Positions 50,233-59,701 of a DNA stretch of 64,000 nt are shown in pieces. This DNA is from Dehalococcoidia bacterium (lineage in GTDB: Bacteria > Chloroflexota > Dehalococcoidia > Lucifugimonadales > UBA3495), in assembly GCA_965216025.1 (NCBI GenBank), contig CBDCEX010000015.1, forward strand, positions 7,063-71,062. The letters are read 5' to 3'. Every line of letters starts with the position of its first letter. Position 1 is the first letter of the stretch. A program made the translations under genes and the position numbers. The notes beneath the pieces were generated by a model. The model was not told where the DNA came from. It saw only the letters and a list, made by a program, of their open reading frames with translations, and ran no database searches.

Positions 50233-50955
50233 GTGATTGTCTTGGCATTTCAGAAGCGCTGCGGCCCATGCCGCGGTGAACGCTATTATGGCTTAGATTT
50301 TAAGGATACCTGTATGATCTGCTCCGGCACTCGTGTGCTTGAGCTTACAGGTGATCCAAGGGACTACAGAGATTGCGGCCCATGCCGCGGTGAAGGTTAA
50401 TATGTTCTAGATTTTAAAGATACCTGTAAGATTTGTCATAGAATAGGCTTCATACCGATTACGACATCTAGCGATTCAGTTCCGCAAGAGCCTCGAGCAC
50501 TTGTAGCATGTGCTTCGGAAAGGGAACAATTCCCGGCGATTCAGATTTTCGATGCTCACCACTTACATTTTGCCATTGTAGAGGCAAGTAGGGCTTTGTT
50601 CGCGGATGGCCATTACTCTCAGCCAATCTTCGAAGCCTTCAAGCGAGTCAACGATGAAGTCAAGGCGGTATCGGGACTACGTGATAAGGATGGAAAGGAC
50701 CTAATGGCCAACGCCTTTAGCAAGCAGGGAGCGGTTATCCGTCTCAACCCTCTGAATACTCAATACGACAGGGATGAACAGGAAGGGTTTAAATTCCTTT
50801 TCATGGGGTCGATGCAGGGGATTCGAAACCCAAAGGCACACGACAATGTGGTTCAGGACGACCCACACAAAACCCTCGAGTACCTGGGATTGGCGAGTCT
50901 TCTAATGAAGTGTTTGGAGGAACGGCAAGCTCCGGAGAAGCCGCAGACCCAGTAA
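50233..50955 (+). pseudogene. DnaJ-type zinc-finger (4x CxxCxGxG-like) fused to a TIGR02391/Ymh-like domain, with an in-frame TAA
   Basis: CGPCRGER..CMICSGTR..CGPCRGEG-TAA(50398)-Y..CKICHRIG, then ..HLHFAIVEASRALFADGHYSQPIFEAFKRVNDEV..MGSMQGIRNPKAHD.. all in one frame. The TAA aligns with a TAT (Tyr) codon in the first repeat unit. Confidence 0.6.
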
Positions 50956-51310
50956 ACCAGGCCAACCTGCCTCTCGTTGTCAACAATGCAGTGCCTGCTT
51001 GCGGGTTAATCGCTAGGGATAAGCCCTTCGTTGGAGGGAGAAGTTCATCACCATTGCACGAACATCGGCATGACTACGTGTACATAACAGCTGTCTAACG
51101 GCCCTCGACCACTCGACTTCTCTATCCTTACCAGGCAAGGATTCCCCAGGTCGATTTTCGATATGGAAAATGACTCTCTCAGCCGTTACCAAGGTCTGGC
51201 GAAGTCTGGACTAGATTTGTTGGCTTCAATGTTGATCCGAGTCGATCCAATTAGGTTAGGCCGCCATCGATTCGTATAGTCACCTTGGACTGCAAATTGT
51301 AAACGCTGGA

Positions 51311-51375
51311 CCTTCCCCCTCGAGGGGGAAGGAACTTGGCTCCCTCTCCCTATGGGAGAGGGTTGGGGTGAGGGC
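51311..51375. repeat. REP-like GC-rich hairpins, family 1
   Basis: CCTTCCCCC-TCGA-GGGGGAAGG and CCCTCTCCC-TAT-GGGAGAGGG followed by TTGGGGTGAGGGC, just 3' of clpX. Confidence 0.6.
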
Positions 51376-51401
51376 AATGCATGATAAGTGCTGCTGTAGT
51401 A

Positions 51402-52706
51402 TTAGGCCGACTTCTTCATCGGCTCCTGGGGAAGCTGGAAACTGCTGCCGCTCTCGGATATCAGAGTGGGCGAGCCGACACCTCGTATGGAATCGGCATC
51501 GACCACGCACTTCGTCACATCGTCCAGAGAAGGCAGCTCATACATCACGTCCAGGAGGGTTTCCTCCACCACGTACCTCAAGCATCGGGCGCCGGTATAG
51601 TGCTCCAGCGCCTTATCTGCCGCCGCTTCCAACGCCTCCTGGGTGAATTCCAGTTCCACGCCATCGATGCGGAAAAGCTGCTGATACTGCTTCACGATGG
51701 CATTCTTCGGCTCGGTCAGCACCCGCATCAGGTCGTCTCGGTCCAGGGGCTCCAGGGTTGTAACCACCGGCAATCTGCCGACCATTTCCGGTATAAAGCC
51801 GTACTCCAGCAGGTCTTCCGGACCGGGCTGGGACGCCAGGTTGCCCTCAGGGAGGGGCTCTCCGCGACCTCCGCCCAGGAAGCCCATTTGCGAGCCGCTG
51901 GAGGCGATCCGCTTGGAGACAATTTCTTCCAGACCGTTGAAGGCTCCCCCGCAAATAAAGAGGATATTCCGGGTGTTGATCTGGAGAAACTCTTGATGGG
52001 GATGCTTGCGGCCGCCCTGGGGGGGCACATTGGCCACGCAACCTTCGATTATTTTTAGCAGTTCCTGCTGAACCCCCTCTCCTGAGACATCCCTGGTGAT
52101 GGAGCGGTTGACCCCCTCCTTACGGGCGATCTTGTCCAGCTCGTCAATGTAGATAATGCCCCGCTCCGCCTTGGCCAGGTCCCAATCGGCGGCCTGAATC
52201 AAGCGGAGCAGAATGTTTTCCACGTCCTCCCCGACATATCCCGACTCGGTTAGGGATGTGGCATCGCAGACGACAAAGGGAACAGCCAGGGTGCGGGCCA
52301 GGGTTTCCGCCAGCAAGGTTTTACCGCAGCCGGTGGGACCAATCATTAGAATATTGGCCTTTTGCAGCTCAACCTCAGACTTCTTGGCGCCGTTCCAAAT
52401 CCGCTTAAAATGGTTGTAGACAGCCACGCTAAGGGTCTTCTTGGTCTTTTCTTGACCGATAACGTAAGTATCCAGATTCGCCCGGATTTCCCGGGGAACC
52501 AACGGCGCGCTTCGTTCCGGCGGGGCAGGTGCCGGGGGTTTTTCGGCTTCTATCAGCTCCCCTAAAACGCGGATACACTCATAACAAACGGAAGCCCGTC
52601 CATGCCCGGCAATCACCAGGTTGGAACGGGTCTGTCCTTTTCCGCAAAAGGAGCATTGCAATGCTCGAGTTCCCCCTTTAGTACTACTCGCCCTCAGCTC
52701 CACCAC
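51402..52706 (-). CDS. clpX: ATP-dependent Clp protease ATP-binding subunit ClpX
   Basis: N-terminal zinc finger CSFCGK..CYEC, Walker [22 protein letters not shown]. Confidence 0.95.
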   Translation of the reverse strand: MVELRASSTKGGTRALQCSFCGKGQTRSNLVIAGHGRASVCYECIRVLGELIEAEKPPAPAPPERSAPLVPREIRANLDTYVIGQEKTKKTLSVAVYNHFKRIWNGAKKSEVELQKANILMIGPTGCGKTLLAETLARTLAVPFVVCDATSLTESGYVGEDVENILLRLIQAADWDLAKAERGIIYIDELDKIARKEGVNRSITRDVSGEGVQQELLKIIEGCVANVPPQGGRKHPHQEFLQINTRNILFICGGAFNGLEEIVSKRIASSGSQMGFLGGGRGEPLPEGNLASQPGPEDLLEYGFIPEMVGRLPVVTTLEPLDRDDLMRVLTEPKNAIVKQYQQLFRIDGVELEFTQEALEAAADKALEHYTGARCLRYVVEETLLDVMYELPSLDDVTKCVVDADSIRGVGSPTLISESGSSFQLPQEPMKKSA

Positions 52707-52737
52707 CCAATCTAGTCACCATTCCAGTCGTTTGTAA

Positions 52738-53439
52738 TTAATTCTCGTCGGCTTTATCGGCGTCCGTCTTGTCGGCATCTGCCTCTTCGGCGTCTTCCTT
52801 CTTTTCTCCCAGGATTTCGTCGACTATGCCGTACTCCACCGCCTGGTCCGCCGTCATGTAGAAGTCTCGGTCCGTGTCCAGAGCTATGCGGTCATAGTCC
52901 TGACCGGTATTTTCGGACAGGATGGTGCGCAGCTTGTCCTGCAGCCGCAGAATCTCTCGAGCTGCGATCTCTATGTCGGAGGCCTGACCCTGGGCGCCTC
53001 CCATGGCCTGGTGCATGTGAATCGTCGAGTTGGGCAGGCAGTAGCGCTTGCCCTTGGAGCCACCGGAGAGCAGAATGGTGGCCATGCTGGCCGTCATTCC
53101 CAGGCAAATGGTGGAAATTTCGCAGTTGACCAGCCTCATGGTGTCGTAGATAGCCAGGCCGGAGCTGATAACGCCGCCGGGACTGTTGATATAAACGCTG
53201 ACACCCTTGTCCGGATCTTCCCGCTCCAGGTAGAGCAACTGGGCAATGATGACGTTGGCCATGGGGTCGGAAATTGGCGTTCCCAAGAAGATAATTCGTT
53301 CCCTGAGTAACAAAGAATATATGTCGAAGGCCCGCTCGCCCCGGGGGCTGGTCTCGATAACCATGGGGATAATACTCTGAGGAACGGTTAACGATGAATT
53401 CGGAAGGGAAAGGTTTCCGTCGGTGGGGTAGCTTAGCAT
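52738..53439 (-). CDS. clpP: ATP-dependent Clp protease proteolytic subunit ClpP
   Basis: ..RGERAFDIYSLLLRERIIFLG.., active-site context GMTASMAT and HMHQAMGG. Acidic C-terminal tail. Confidence 0.95.
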   Translation of the reverse strand: MLSYPTDGNLSLPNSSLTVPQSIIPMVIETSPRGERAFDIYSLLLRERIIFLGTPISDPMANVIIAQLLYLEREDPDKGVSVYINSPGGVISSGLAIYDTMRLVNCEISTICLGMTASMATILLSGGSKGKRYCLPNSTIHMHQAMGGAQGQASDIEIAAREILRLQDKLRTILSENTGQDYDRIALDTDRDFYMTADQAVEYGIVDEILGEKKEDAEEADADKTDADKADEN

Positions 53440-53559
53440 TGGGTTGCGCTCCTTAATCGGTTATCCTATTCGTCTATTCAGGTAGAGCCTTTAAGAGTGT
53501 GCTTAAAAAGTCCCTTGACATCGAGGCGCAAGGTGTCTTCCAGGTTTGGGCTTCGGCTT

Positions 53560-53634
53560 CCTCTCCCACAAGGGGAGAGGAGTGAGGTGAGGGGTATCAC
53601 CCTCATCCCAACCTTCTCCCATCAAGGGAGAAGG
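53560..53634. repeat. REP-like GC-rich hairpins, family 1
   Basis: CCTCTCCC-ACAA-GGGGAGAGG, GGTGAGGGG.., CCTTCTCCC-ATCA-AGGGAGAAGG between tig and clpP. Confidence 0.6.
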
Positions 53635-53711
53635 GGCTTTTATCAGGCCATACCAGAATGCTTATTTCTCTATTCTAGCGCGGACAATACGCCAGGCTTT
53701 TTAAGCACCCT

Positions 53712-55130
53712 TTAAGTAGACTCTTCCGGGTCGGCGTTGTCCAGGGGTTCGACATCAGCAACCGGGGCATCCCGGTCCGGGGGCTCTGAGTCCGGATCCG
53801 GTTCCGATGCCGCGGGCGGTTCGGATTCCGGCCTTTCCCCTGATTCCCCCTCCTCACCCTGGAATATCTGGACCAGCCGCGCTATGACCTTGCGGTCGGT
53901 AAGGGACGACTGGATGTTCTCCTTGGCGCTTTCCGTGGATAGCGCCCGCCGCATCGCTTCTTCCGAATCTCCGGCGGAGGATACAATTGAGTCTATCTCT
54001 TCCTCCACTTCCTCCGGGGAGACCTCTATATTTTCTTCCTCGGCCAGCTTGCGCATGACCAGGTACCTGGTTAATCGATCTTCCGCCGTCGGACGCAGCT
54101 GTTCTCGGAACTCTTCCGCCGTCTGGCCCAGGTAGCCCAGGTAGGTTTCCATCGGTATACGCTGATTCTGAAGCGACCGCTCACGTTCCTGCTGCATCAT
54201 GTCGACCTCACGTTGATACAGCATGTCCGAGGCCCGCACCGTGGCGGCCTTAATCAACTCCTGTAGGCTTTCCTGCTCCAGGCGGCGGTTAGCCTCGGCA
54301 GCGGCTTCTTCTTCCAGCCGCTGCCTCATGTGTTGCCGCAAAGCTTCCAGGTCGTCATAGCCCTCACCCACCCCTTTGGCAAACTCGTCATCCAGATCGG
54401 GCAGACGCTTCTCCTTGATGGAAAGCACCTCAACGTTAAAGATACATTCCTTGCCGGCGTGCTGCGGTCTGGGATAATCCTCGGGGATGGTCAGGGTGAA
54501 CTCTTTCTCCTCATCCTCCACCATCCCTTCCAGATAAACGGCGAAGCCTGGAAAGGGCAGCACGTTCTCCACCTGGGGCACGTAGTCTACGGCCTGGTCG
54601 TCGACCACCTGCTCTTCACCAATGGTTCCTGAAACGTTCAGGTTGAGCAGGTCTCCGAAGTTGACCGGCCGCTCGGCGGGTTCCCAGGGAGCCGACTCCT
54701 GGCGCAACTGTTCCAGGACCTCCGCCACCCGCTCGTCGTTTATCTCCGGCTCTTCCTTCTGGAGGCGAATGCTGCGGAACTCACCCAGATCGACCTGGGG
54801 TTCCAGGGGCACCACCGCCGTGAAGGACACGGGTTCGATTTCCGTTACCTCGATTTGGGGCTCGATAAAGGCCTGAACGTCTTCATCTTTCAGGACCTTA
54901 TCCAGGGTCTCGGGAATCATGAACTCCAGCGCTTCCTGCACCAGAGCCGTGCGGCCTACGTAGCTCTCGACGATGGACCGGGGCGCCTTGCCCTTGCGAA
55001 ATCCGGGGATCTGTAATCTGCCCACCGTCCGGCGATAGGAACGGTTGACGAAGGGGTCTTCATCCTCGGAGTCCATGACAATATTAAGGGTGACTTCCGT
55101 GGGAGTGACCGATTCCCTGGTGATCTTCAC
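53712..55130 (-). CDS. tig: trigger factor
   Basis: MKITRESVTPTEVTLNIVMD.., ..IPGFRKGKAPRSIVE... Classical tig-clpP-clpX order. Long acidic C-terminal tail. Confidence 0.9.
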   Translation of the reverse strand: MKITRESVTPTEVTLNIVMDSEDEDPFVNRSYRRTVGRLQIPGFRKGKAPRSIVESYVGRTALVQEALEFMIPETLDKVLKDEDVQAFIEPQIEVTEIEPVSFTAVVPLEPQVDLGEFRSIRLQKEEPEINDERVAEVLEQLRQESAPWEPAERPVNFGDLLNLNVSGTIGEEQVVDDQAVDYVPQVENVLPFPGFAVYLEGMVEDEEKEFTLTIPEDYPRPQHAGKECIFNVEVLSIKEKRLPDLDDEFAKGVGEGYDDLEALRQHMRQRLEEEAAAEANRRLEQESLQELIKAATVRASDMLYQREVDMMQQERERSLQNQRIPMETYLGYLGQTAEEFREQLRPTAEDRLTRYLVMRKLAEEENIEVSPEEVEEEIDSIVSSAGDSEEAMRRALSTESAKENIQSSLTDRKVIARLVQIFQGEEGESGERPESEPPAASEPDPDSEPPDRDAPVADVEPLDNADPEEST

Positions 55131-55300
55131 CGACTATTCTCCCGTTATTTTGTCATCCCCGGAACTCCAATCGGTCCCCAACCGGCGATGCCGGGCGGGT
55201 AGGCCGTCGGGGTCCTGGAACAATTCAAGTATAGCATAGTCCATAGTTGGATAAAAGATTCGGGGCTGGTCGGCCGGCTCTTTTACAGGCTCTTTTAACT

Positions 55301-55405
55301 GTCATTCCGAGCCCTTTGGCTGCGCTCAGGATAAACTCCGGGAAGCAATCTCTGGAGGGCAAGGAGAGATTTCTTCGGGCCTGCGGTCCTGGCAATGATG
55401 GTGAG
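55301..55405. repeat. REP-like repeat, family 2
   Basis: GTCATTCCGAG..GGCTGCGCTCAGGATAAACTCCGGGAAGCAATCTC... The ~35-nt core recurs at 61347-61383. Confidence 0.55.
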
Positions 55406-55525
55406 GAAAAGTAAAAGATTCAGGGGCTGGCCGGGACCTGACATTCTCTGCCCGGGCGCGCCTAGTTAACACATTTATGGGGTCCTGACGAGCCGCTCCA
55501 AACTGCAAGAATCCGCCGTCAACTA

Positions 55526-56816
55526 GTACAGGTTGGCGTAAATAACCCGGCAGTTCATGCGACCAGCACCTTGCCTTGGTAAGTCCATTTGAAGGGCTTT
55601 GCCATGGTCCGGTTGTAATAGTCGATGAAGTCCCACACCTTCTGTTTCAGATCGGTCACCGATCTGAATGACCCTCGCTGTAGCAGTTTTCGCACCAGAA
55701 TGCTCAGCCAGATTTCCACTTGGTTCATCCATGACGTGTGCTTGGGGGTGTAGTGAAACACGATACAGTGGCTGGGATCGCTGAGAAATGCGGCCCGGGA
55801 CTCTCGGTTCGCCAATGTGCCCCACTTGCCCTTCTTACCCAACTCCAGGTCCAGCCCAGACTCTCTGGCTACCCAGCGCACTAGAGATTCAGAACGGTGC
55901 GTGTCCAGGTTGTCCACCACAAAATGCCACCGCTGGGCCGCCCTATCGCTAGCGATCACTGCCTCCACATGCTGCAGAAAGTCCGCTTCGGTACGTCTGG
56001 GCCCCCCATAGGGCTCAACAATCTGACCCGTCACCACATCCCGACTGATGATGAAGGAGCGTGTACCATGCCGGATGTACTCAAACTCCCGCCGTCCCCG
56101 GCGCCAAGGGCAACCCAGGATGTTTGCGCTCCAGTGCCTGTACTCCGGTCAACTCATCAGTGCTCATCACTCGCTCCCCAGATTGGACCAAGGCGGGAGC
56201 TTCTCGGTACAGATCGCAGATGTCAGTGACTTTGGCGTCATAGTGCTCGTCCCCGGAGGGTGTCAACCAATAGCGTATCCGGTGGGGTTTCAGGTCCCCC
56301 TTTCTAGAAGCCTGGCCGCATGACGGGGGGAAATCCGTTCTACGATGCCTTTTTCGATGATCTCATCAGCCAATTCCCGGCTGGTCCACTGGCTGATAGG
56401 ACGACCGCACTGGCTGGGGGCCTCACAAGCCAGGGACATGATCTGGCAAACTTGCTCTGGGGTGATCCGGGCGGGATCCCGCAACCTTTCTTCTATACTC
56501 AGGTCTTCCAGAATGGCTGCCTGTAGCCCCAGCCAGCGGTTGCGCCAGAACCGTACCGTATCCACATCCAGGCCCACTTCGCGGGCTATTTGGCTGTTGT
56601 TCAGGCCAGCCGCGGCAGACAGAATGATTCTGCCTCGCCGGGCCAACTGCTGGGGGGTGCTATATCGGCGCACCAGGGTTTCCAATCCTTGCTGCTCTTC
56701 CGGGGATAATTCCACCACGGGAGGTTTCGGTCCACGCATCGCCTTCACCACCACACTTCATCTCTCCAACCTCAACGCGCTCATTATACTACTCGGGCTT
56801 TTCAGCCCACCTGTAC
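55526..56816 (-). mobile_element. IS630-family IS, type 2, full-length copy (1291 bp)
   Basis: Inverted repeats GTACAGGT(T/G)GGC at both ends. TA at 55524-55525 and 56817-56818 within C-TA..TA-G. Confidence 0.85.
55555..56754 (-). pseudogene. IS630-family transposase (type 2) in three frames
   Basis: HTH part 56290..56754. Middle part ..DLKPHRIRYWLTPSGDEHYDAKV.. (56081..~56290; shift at a G5 run). DDE part ..REFEYIRHGT..VVDNLDTH..HYTPKHTSWMNQVE.. (55555..~56100). Confidence 0.75.
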
Positions 56817-57360
56817 TAGGTCACCATCAGCTTGATTTTATAGCTGTTATTTTTATTGTTTTCAAACTCGGTACAAAACTGAGATTTACAAAAATGGTAA
56901 AAAGTGGGTTGATTGTTATGTTGACAAGGTCTTGACAAGGTTGATAAGTTCTGGCTGTGGAGTGTGGTGAGGGATTAGGGGCGGTCAATTCCCCGGTTCT
57001 CTCTACACTATTGCCGGTCGAGCCCTGAACCGGGCCCGCGCCGGTCGGAATAGGTCAACCCCCACGCCGGTGGGGATGCCGCGAAGATCTTCAAACGGTT
57101 TTTTCAGGCGATACTTTTCAGGCGGGACTTTCCAGCCGGGGTCGTGTCCTCCGTTTCGAGGAAATTTTCACCCCGAACTTACCTGTGGGGTCAACTTGTG
57201 CCAAATTTTGGCCCCTATTATTCGGAACCCGGGAAATGGACAGAGAGTGAGGTTCTCCTCAGGTCGTATGGTAGCTCTCGCAGCGCAAACCTTAAAGGAA
57301 AATCAAGTCGGGAGGATTCGTCCGGTGGGCCTGGCCCGCCGCATCGGATTCAGCGCCGGC

Positions 57361-58314
57361 ATGTCTGATATTCCTTTATACCAGCCGGTGCACCAGCCGG
57401 TATTGCTGCGGGAAGCGGTGGAGCAACTGGCGGTGCGGTCGGGTGGGGTGTGGGTAGACGCCACGGCAGGGGAAGGGGGACATTCCTTGGCCCTCCTTCA
57501 GGCGTCGGCTCCATCGGGTAGGGTGTTGGGTATCGACCGGGACCCTCGCTCTCTGGCCCGGGCCGAAACCAGGCTAACCCAGTTCGGCGACAGATTCATA
57601 ACGGCCCAAGGAACTTATGCCGACCTGGGCCAGCTGGTCCGGGGGGCCGGCATTGCCCAGGTGGACGGAGTATTACTGGACCTGGGACTTTCATCCTGGC
57701 AACTGGAGGCCGCCGGCGCCGGGTTCAGCTTCCAGCGGGACGAACCCCTGGACATGCGGTTCGACCCCAATAGTAACCAGCCCGACGCGGCGGAACTAGT
57801 CAATACGCTTTCTGAAGATGAGCTGGGGAAACTGCTCTTCCAGTATGGCGAAGAGCCCAGGGCCAGGACCATTGCCCGGGCCCTGGTCCAAGGGCGGCAA
57901 GGGAACCTCATACGCACCACCGGCCAGCTGGTCCAGCTGCTGAAAGCCATTCCCGGGCTGGGAAGGGGCCGGCGGACCCACCCGGCCACGCGCACCTTCC
58001 AGGCTTTGCGCATTGCGGTAAATGACGAGCTGACCAACCTGGAAGCGGGGCTGAAGGCGGCTATCGACCTGCTGAAACCAGAGGGCAGGCTGGTGGTCAT
58101 CAGTTACCACAGCCTGGAGGACCGGCTAGTCAAACAAACCCTGGCCTACCACGCCGCCGGCTGTGTCTGCCCGCCCCAAATCCCGGTATGCGTGTGTACC
58201 CACCAGGCAACTGTCCAACTCATAAATCGTCGGATTATCCGGCCCGCTCCAGCAGAGGTGGCCGCCAATCCGCGCAGCCGAAGCGCCCGCATGAGGGTTG
58301 CGGAAAAGCTATAG
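57361..58314 (+). CDS. rsmH: 16S rRNA (cytosine1402-N4)-methyltransferase RsmH
   Basis: ..HQPVLLREAVEQL..DATAGEGGHS..GIDRDP..DLGLSSWQL..ISYHSLEDRLVK.. The ORF-track start 57070 adds about 97 residues that do not look like the family; ATG 57361 is preferred. Confidence 0.85.
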   Translation: MSDIPLYQPVHQPVLLREAVEQLAVRSGGVWVDATAGEGGHSLALLQASAPSGRVLGIDRDPRSLARAETRLTQFGDRFITAQGTYADLGQLVRGAGIAQVDGVLLDLGLSSWQLEAAGAGFSFQRDEPLDMRFDPNSNQPDAAELVNTLSEDELGKLLFQYGEEPRARTIARALVQGRQGNLIRTTGQLVQLLKAIPGLGRGRRTHPATRTFQALRIAVNDELTNLEAGLKAAIDLLKPEGRLVVISYHSLEDRLVKQTLAYHAAGCVCPPQIPVCVCTHQATVQLINRRIIRPAPAEVAANPRSRSARMRVAEKL

Positions 58315-58387
58315 GCAGAAATTCTTAGCGAGCCCTACCGGGCTCACCAACCGGGCTCACCTACCCAGCTCTAAGGAGGGTAACAAC

Positions 58388-59632
58388 TTGGCCAAAGAAC
58401 TGTTTTACACCGCCGTCGACATCGGTAGCAACAAGGTTGCCTCCGTTATCGCCCGGGTGGGCACTGAAGGGGAACTCAAGGTATTGGGCACCGGGCTGGC
58501 CCCCTCTCAGGGTGTTCAAAAAGGACGCATCGAAAGCATAGAAGAGGCCAGCGACGCGGTAAGCGCTTCTTTAGAAGAGGCGCAACGCTACATAGCCCGG
58601 GGGTTGATCGCCGGGGTGTACGCCGTGGTTAGCGGGACTCACATATCCTGCATCAACACCCAAGACGTCATTAAAGACGTGGGGGACCTGGGCAGCATAA
58701 CCCCTCAACAAACACACCGGTTGATCCAGTCCTCCTACCCCAGCGTGGACGACACCAAAGAGGTTTTGCACATAATCCCAATTGGCTACGAGGTAGACGG
58801 ACTGCCCGGGGTTCGCAATCCCACCGGCCTGCACGCCAACGAAGTGCAGGTGGAATCCCACGTGGTGATGGGCGACGCCATCACGCTGAAGAATACAGTC
58901 AAAGCGGTGGAGGCCAACAAAGTCGCAGTTAAAAGCTTGGTGCTGCAATCCCTGGCATCCGCCGAGGCAACCCTGACCGCCGACGAACGGGAGTTGGGCG
59001 CGGTGATGGTGGACATAGGCAGCGGAACGGCTGACCTCTCCATATTCCGCTACGGCAATCCCTGGTATTCGGCGGTTATCCCAGTGGGGGGCAGTCAGCT
59101 GACCAGAGACTTGGCCGTGGCGGCCCGGATACCCTACCACCTGGCCGAAGAGATCAAGCTGAAATGGGGCCACGTGTTGCCGGAGCTGGTGCGGGCCGAT
59201 GAAGAGGTAGTTGTCCCCGGATATCAGGGACAGCCTCGGAGGGTGGTGCTGCGCCGCGCCCTCTGCGAGCCCCTGCATCTACGGATGCTGGAGGTGATCA
59301 AGCTAGTCATGCTGCGAGTCACCCAGGCCGGACTGAGGCAGCTGCCCACCGGCGGGCTGGTGCTGACCGGCGGAGCTGCGGAGATAGCCGGTCTAAAGGA
59401 GCTGGTGGAAAAGACCCTAGGCGGACCGGTGCGGATAGCTCACCCCAGCGGCATCGCCGGATTGCCTTCGCAACTGCGTAAGCCGGCCTTTTCCGCGGCG
59501 GTTGGGGCGCTTCTCTGGGGAATCAAGCACCAGGGGGAGAGCCGCCGCTATCAAACGGCCCCCCGAACTTTGTGGGGATACAAGTCCTTGGTCAAGCGGT
59601 TTTCCCGGGTCAAGGAGGGCGTATCCCAGTAA
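58388..59632 (+). CDS. ftsA: cell division protein FtsA
   Basis: AGGAGG 8 nt before TTG 58388. ..FYTAVDIGSNKVASV.., ..VDIGSGTADLSIF.., ..LTGGAAEIAGL.. Confidence 0.9.
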   Translation: MAKELFYTAVDIGSNKVASVIARVGTEGELKVLGTGLAPSQGVQKGRIESIEEASDAVSASLEEAQRYIARGLIAGVYAVVSGTHISCINTQDVIKDVGDLGSITPQQTHRLIQSSYPSVDDTKEVLHIIPIGYEVDGLPGVRNPTGLHANEVQVESHVVMGDAITLKNTVKAVEANKVAVKSLVLQSLASAEATLTADERELGAVMVDIGSGTADLSIFRYGNPWYSAVIPVGGSQLTRDLAVAARIPYHLAEEIKLKWGHVLPELVRADEEVVVPGYQGQPRRVVLRRALCEPLHLRMLEVIKLVMLRVTQAGLRQLPTGGLVLTGGAAEIAGLKELVEKTLGGPVRIAHPSGIAGLPSQLRKPAFSAAVGALLWGIKHQGESRRYQTAPRTLWGYKSLVKRFSRVKEGVSQ

Positions 59633-59701
59633 CACCCATACCCCAAGGGAACTAACCAACGGAAGTTAACCTGGATCATAAGCGATGCGGAGGAGATTAG
59701 G

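Noticed and set aside
50081-50269. ORF-track ORF 50081..50269 (-), 62 aa
   Set aside because: It overlaps the start regions of both the Ntn-hydrolase gene and the zinc-finger gene in a third frame, and it has no RBS or family resemblance.
5080-50400. Stop-codon reassignment (TAA/TAG read as sense) as the explanation for the five in-frame stops
   Set aside because: Intact genes in the same window terminate at TAA (clpX, clpP, tig, ftsA, nrdR), TAG (int, rsmH) and TGA (ftsZ). The affected genes sit among many frameshifted and truncated genes, and one TAA aligns with a TAT codon in a sister repeat. Ordinary nonsense mutation is the simpler reading.
50258-50445. Two ~70-bp direct repeats 114 bp apart, first considered as att sites, iterons or a mini CRISPR-like array
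   Set aside because: They are in frame and encode duplicated CGPCRGE..DTCxIC zinc-knuckle units of one protein. This is a coding repeat, not a regulatory or spacer array.
57070-57360. The ORF-track start of rsmH at 57070, giving a 414-aa protein
   Set aside because: The first ~97 residues are Arg/Gly/Pro-rich with no RsmH similarity. Family-like sequence begins right after ATG 57361.
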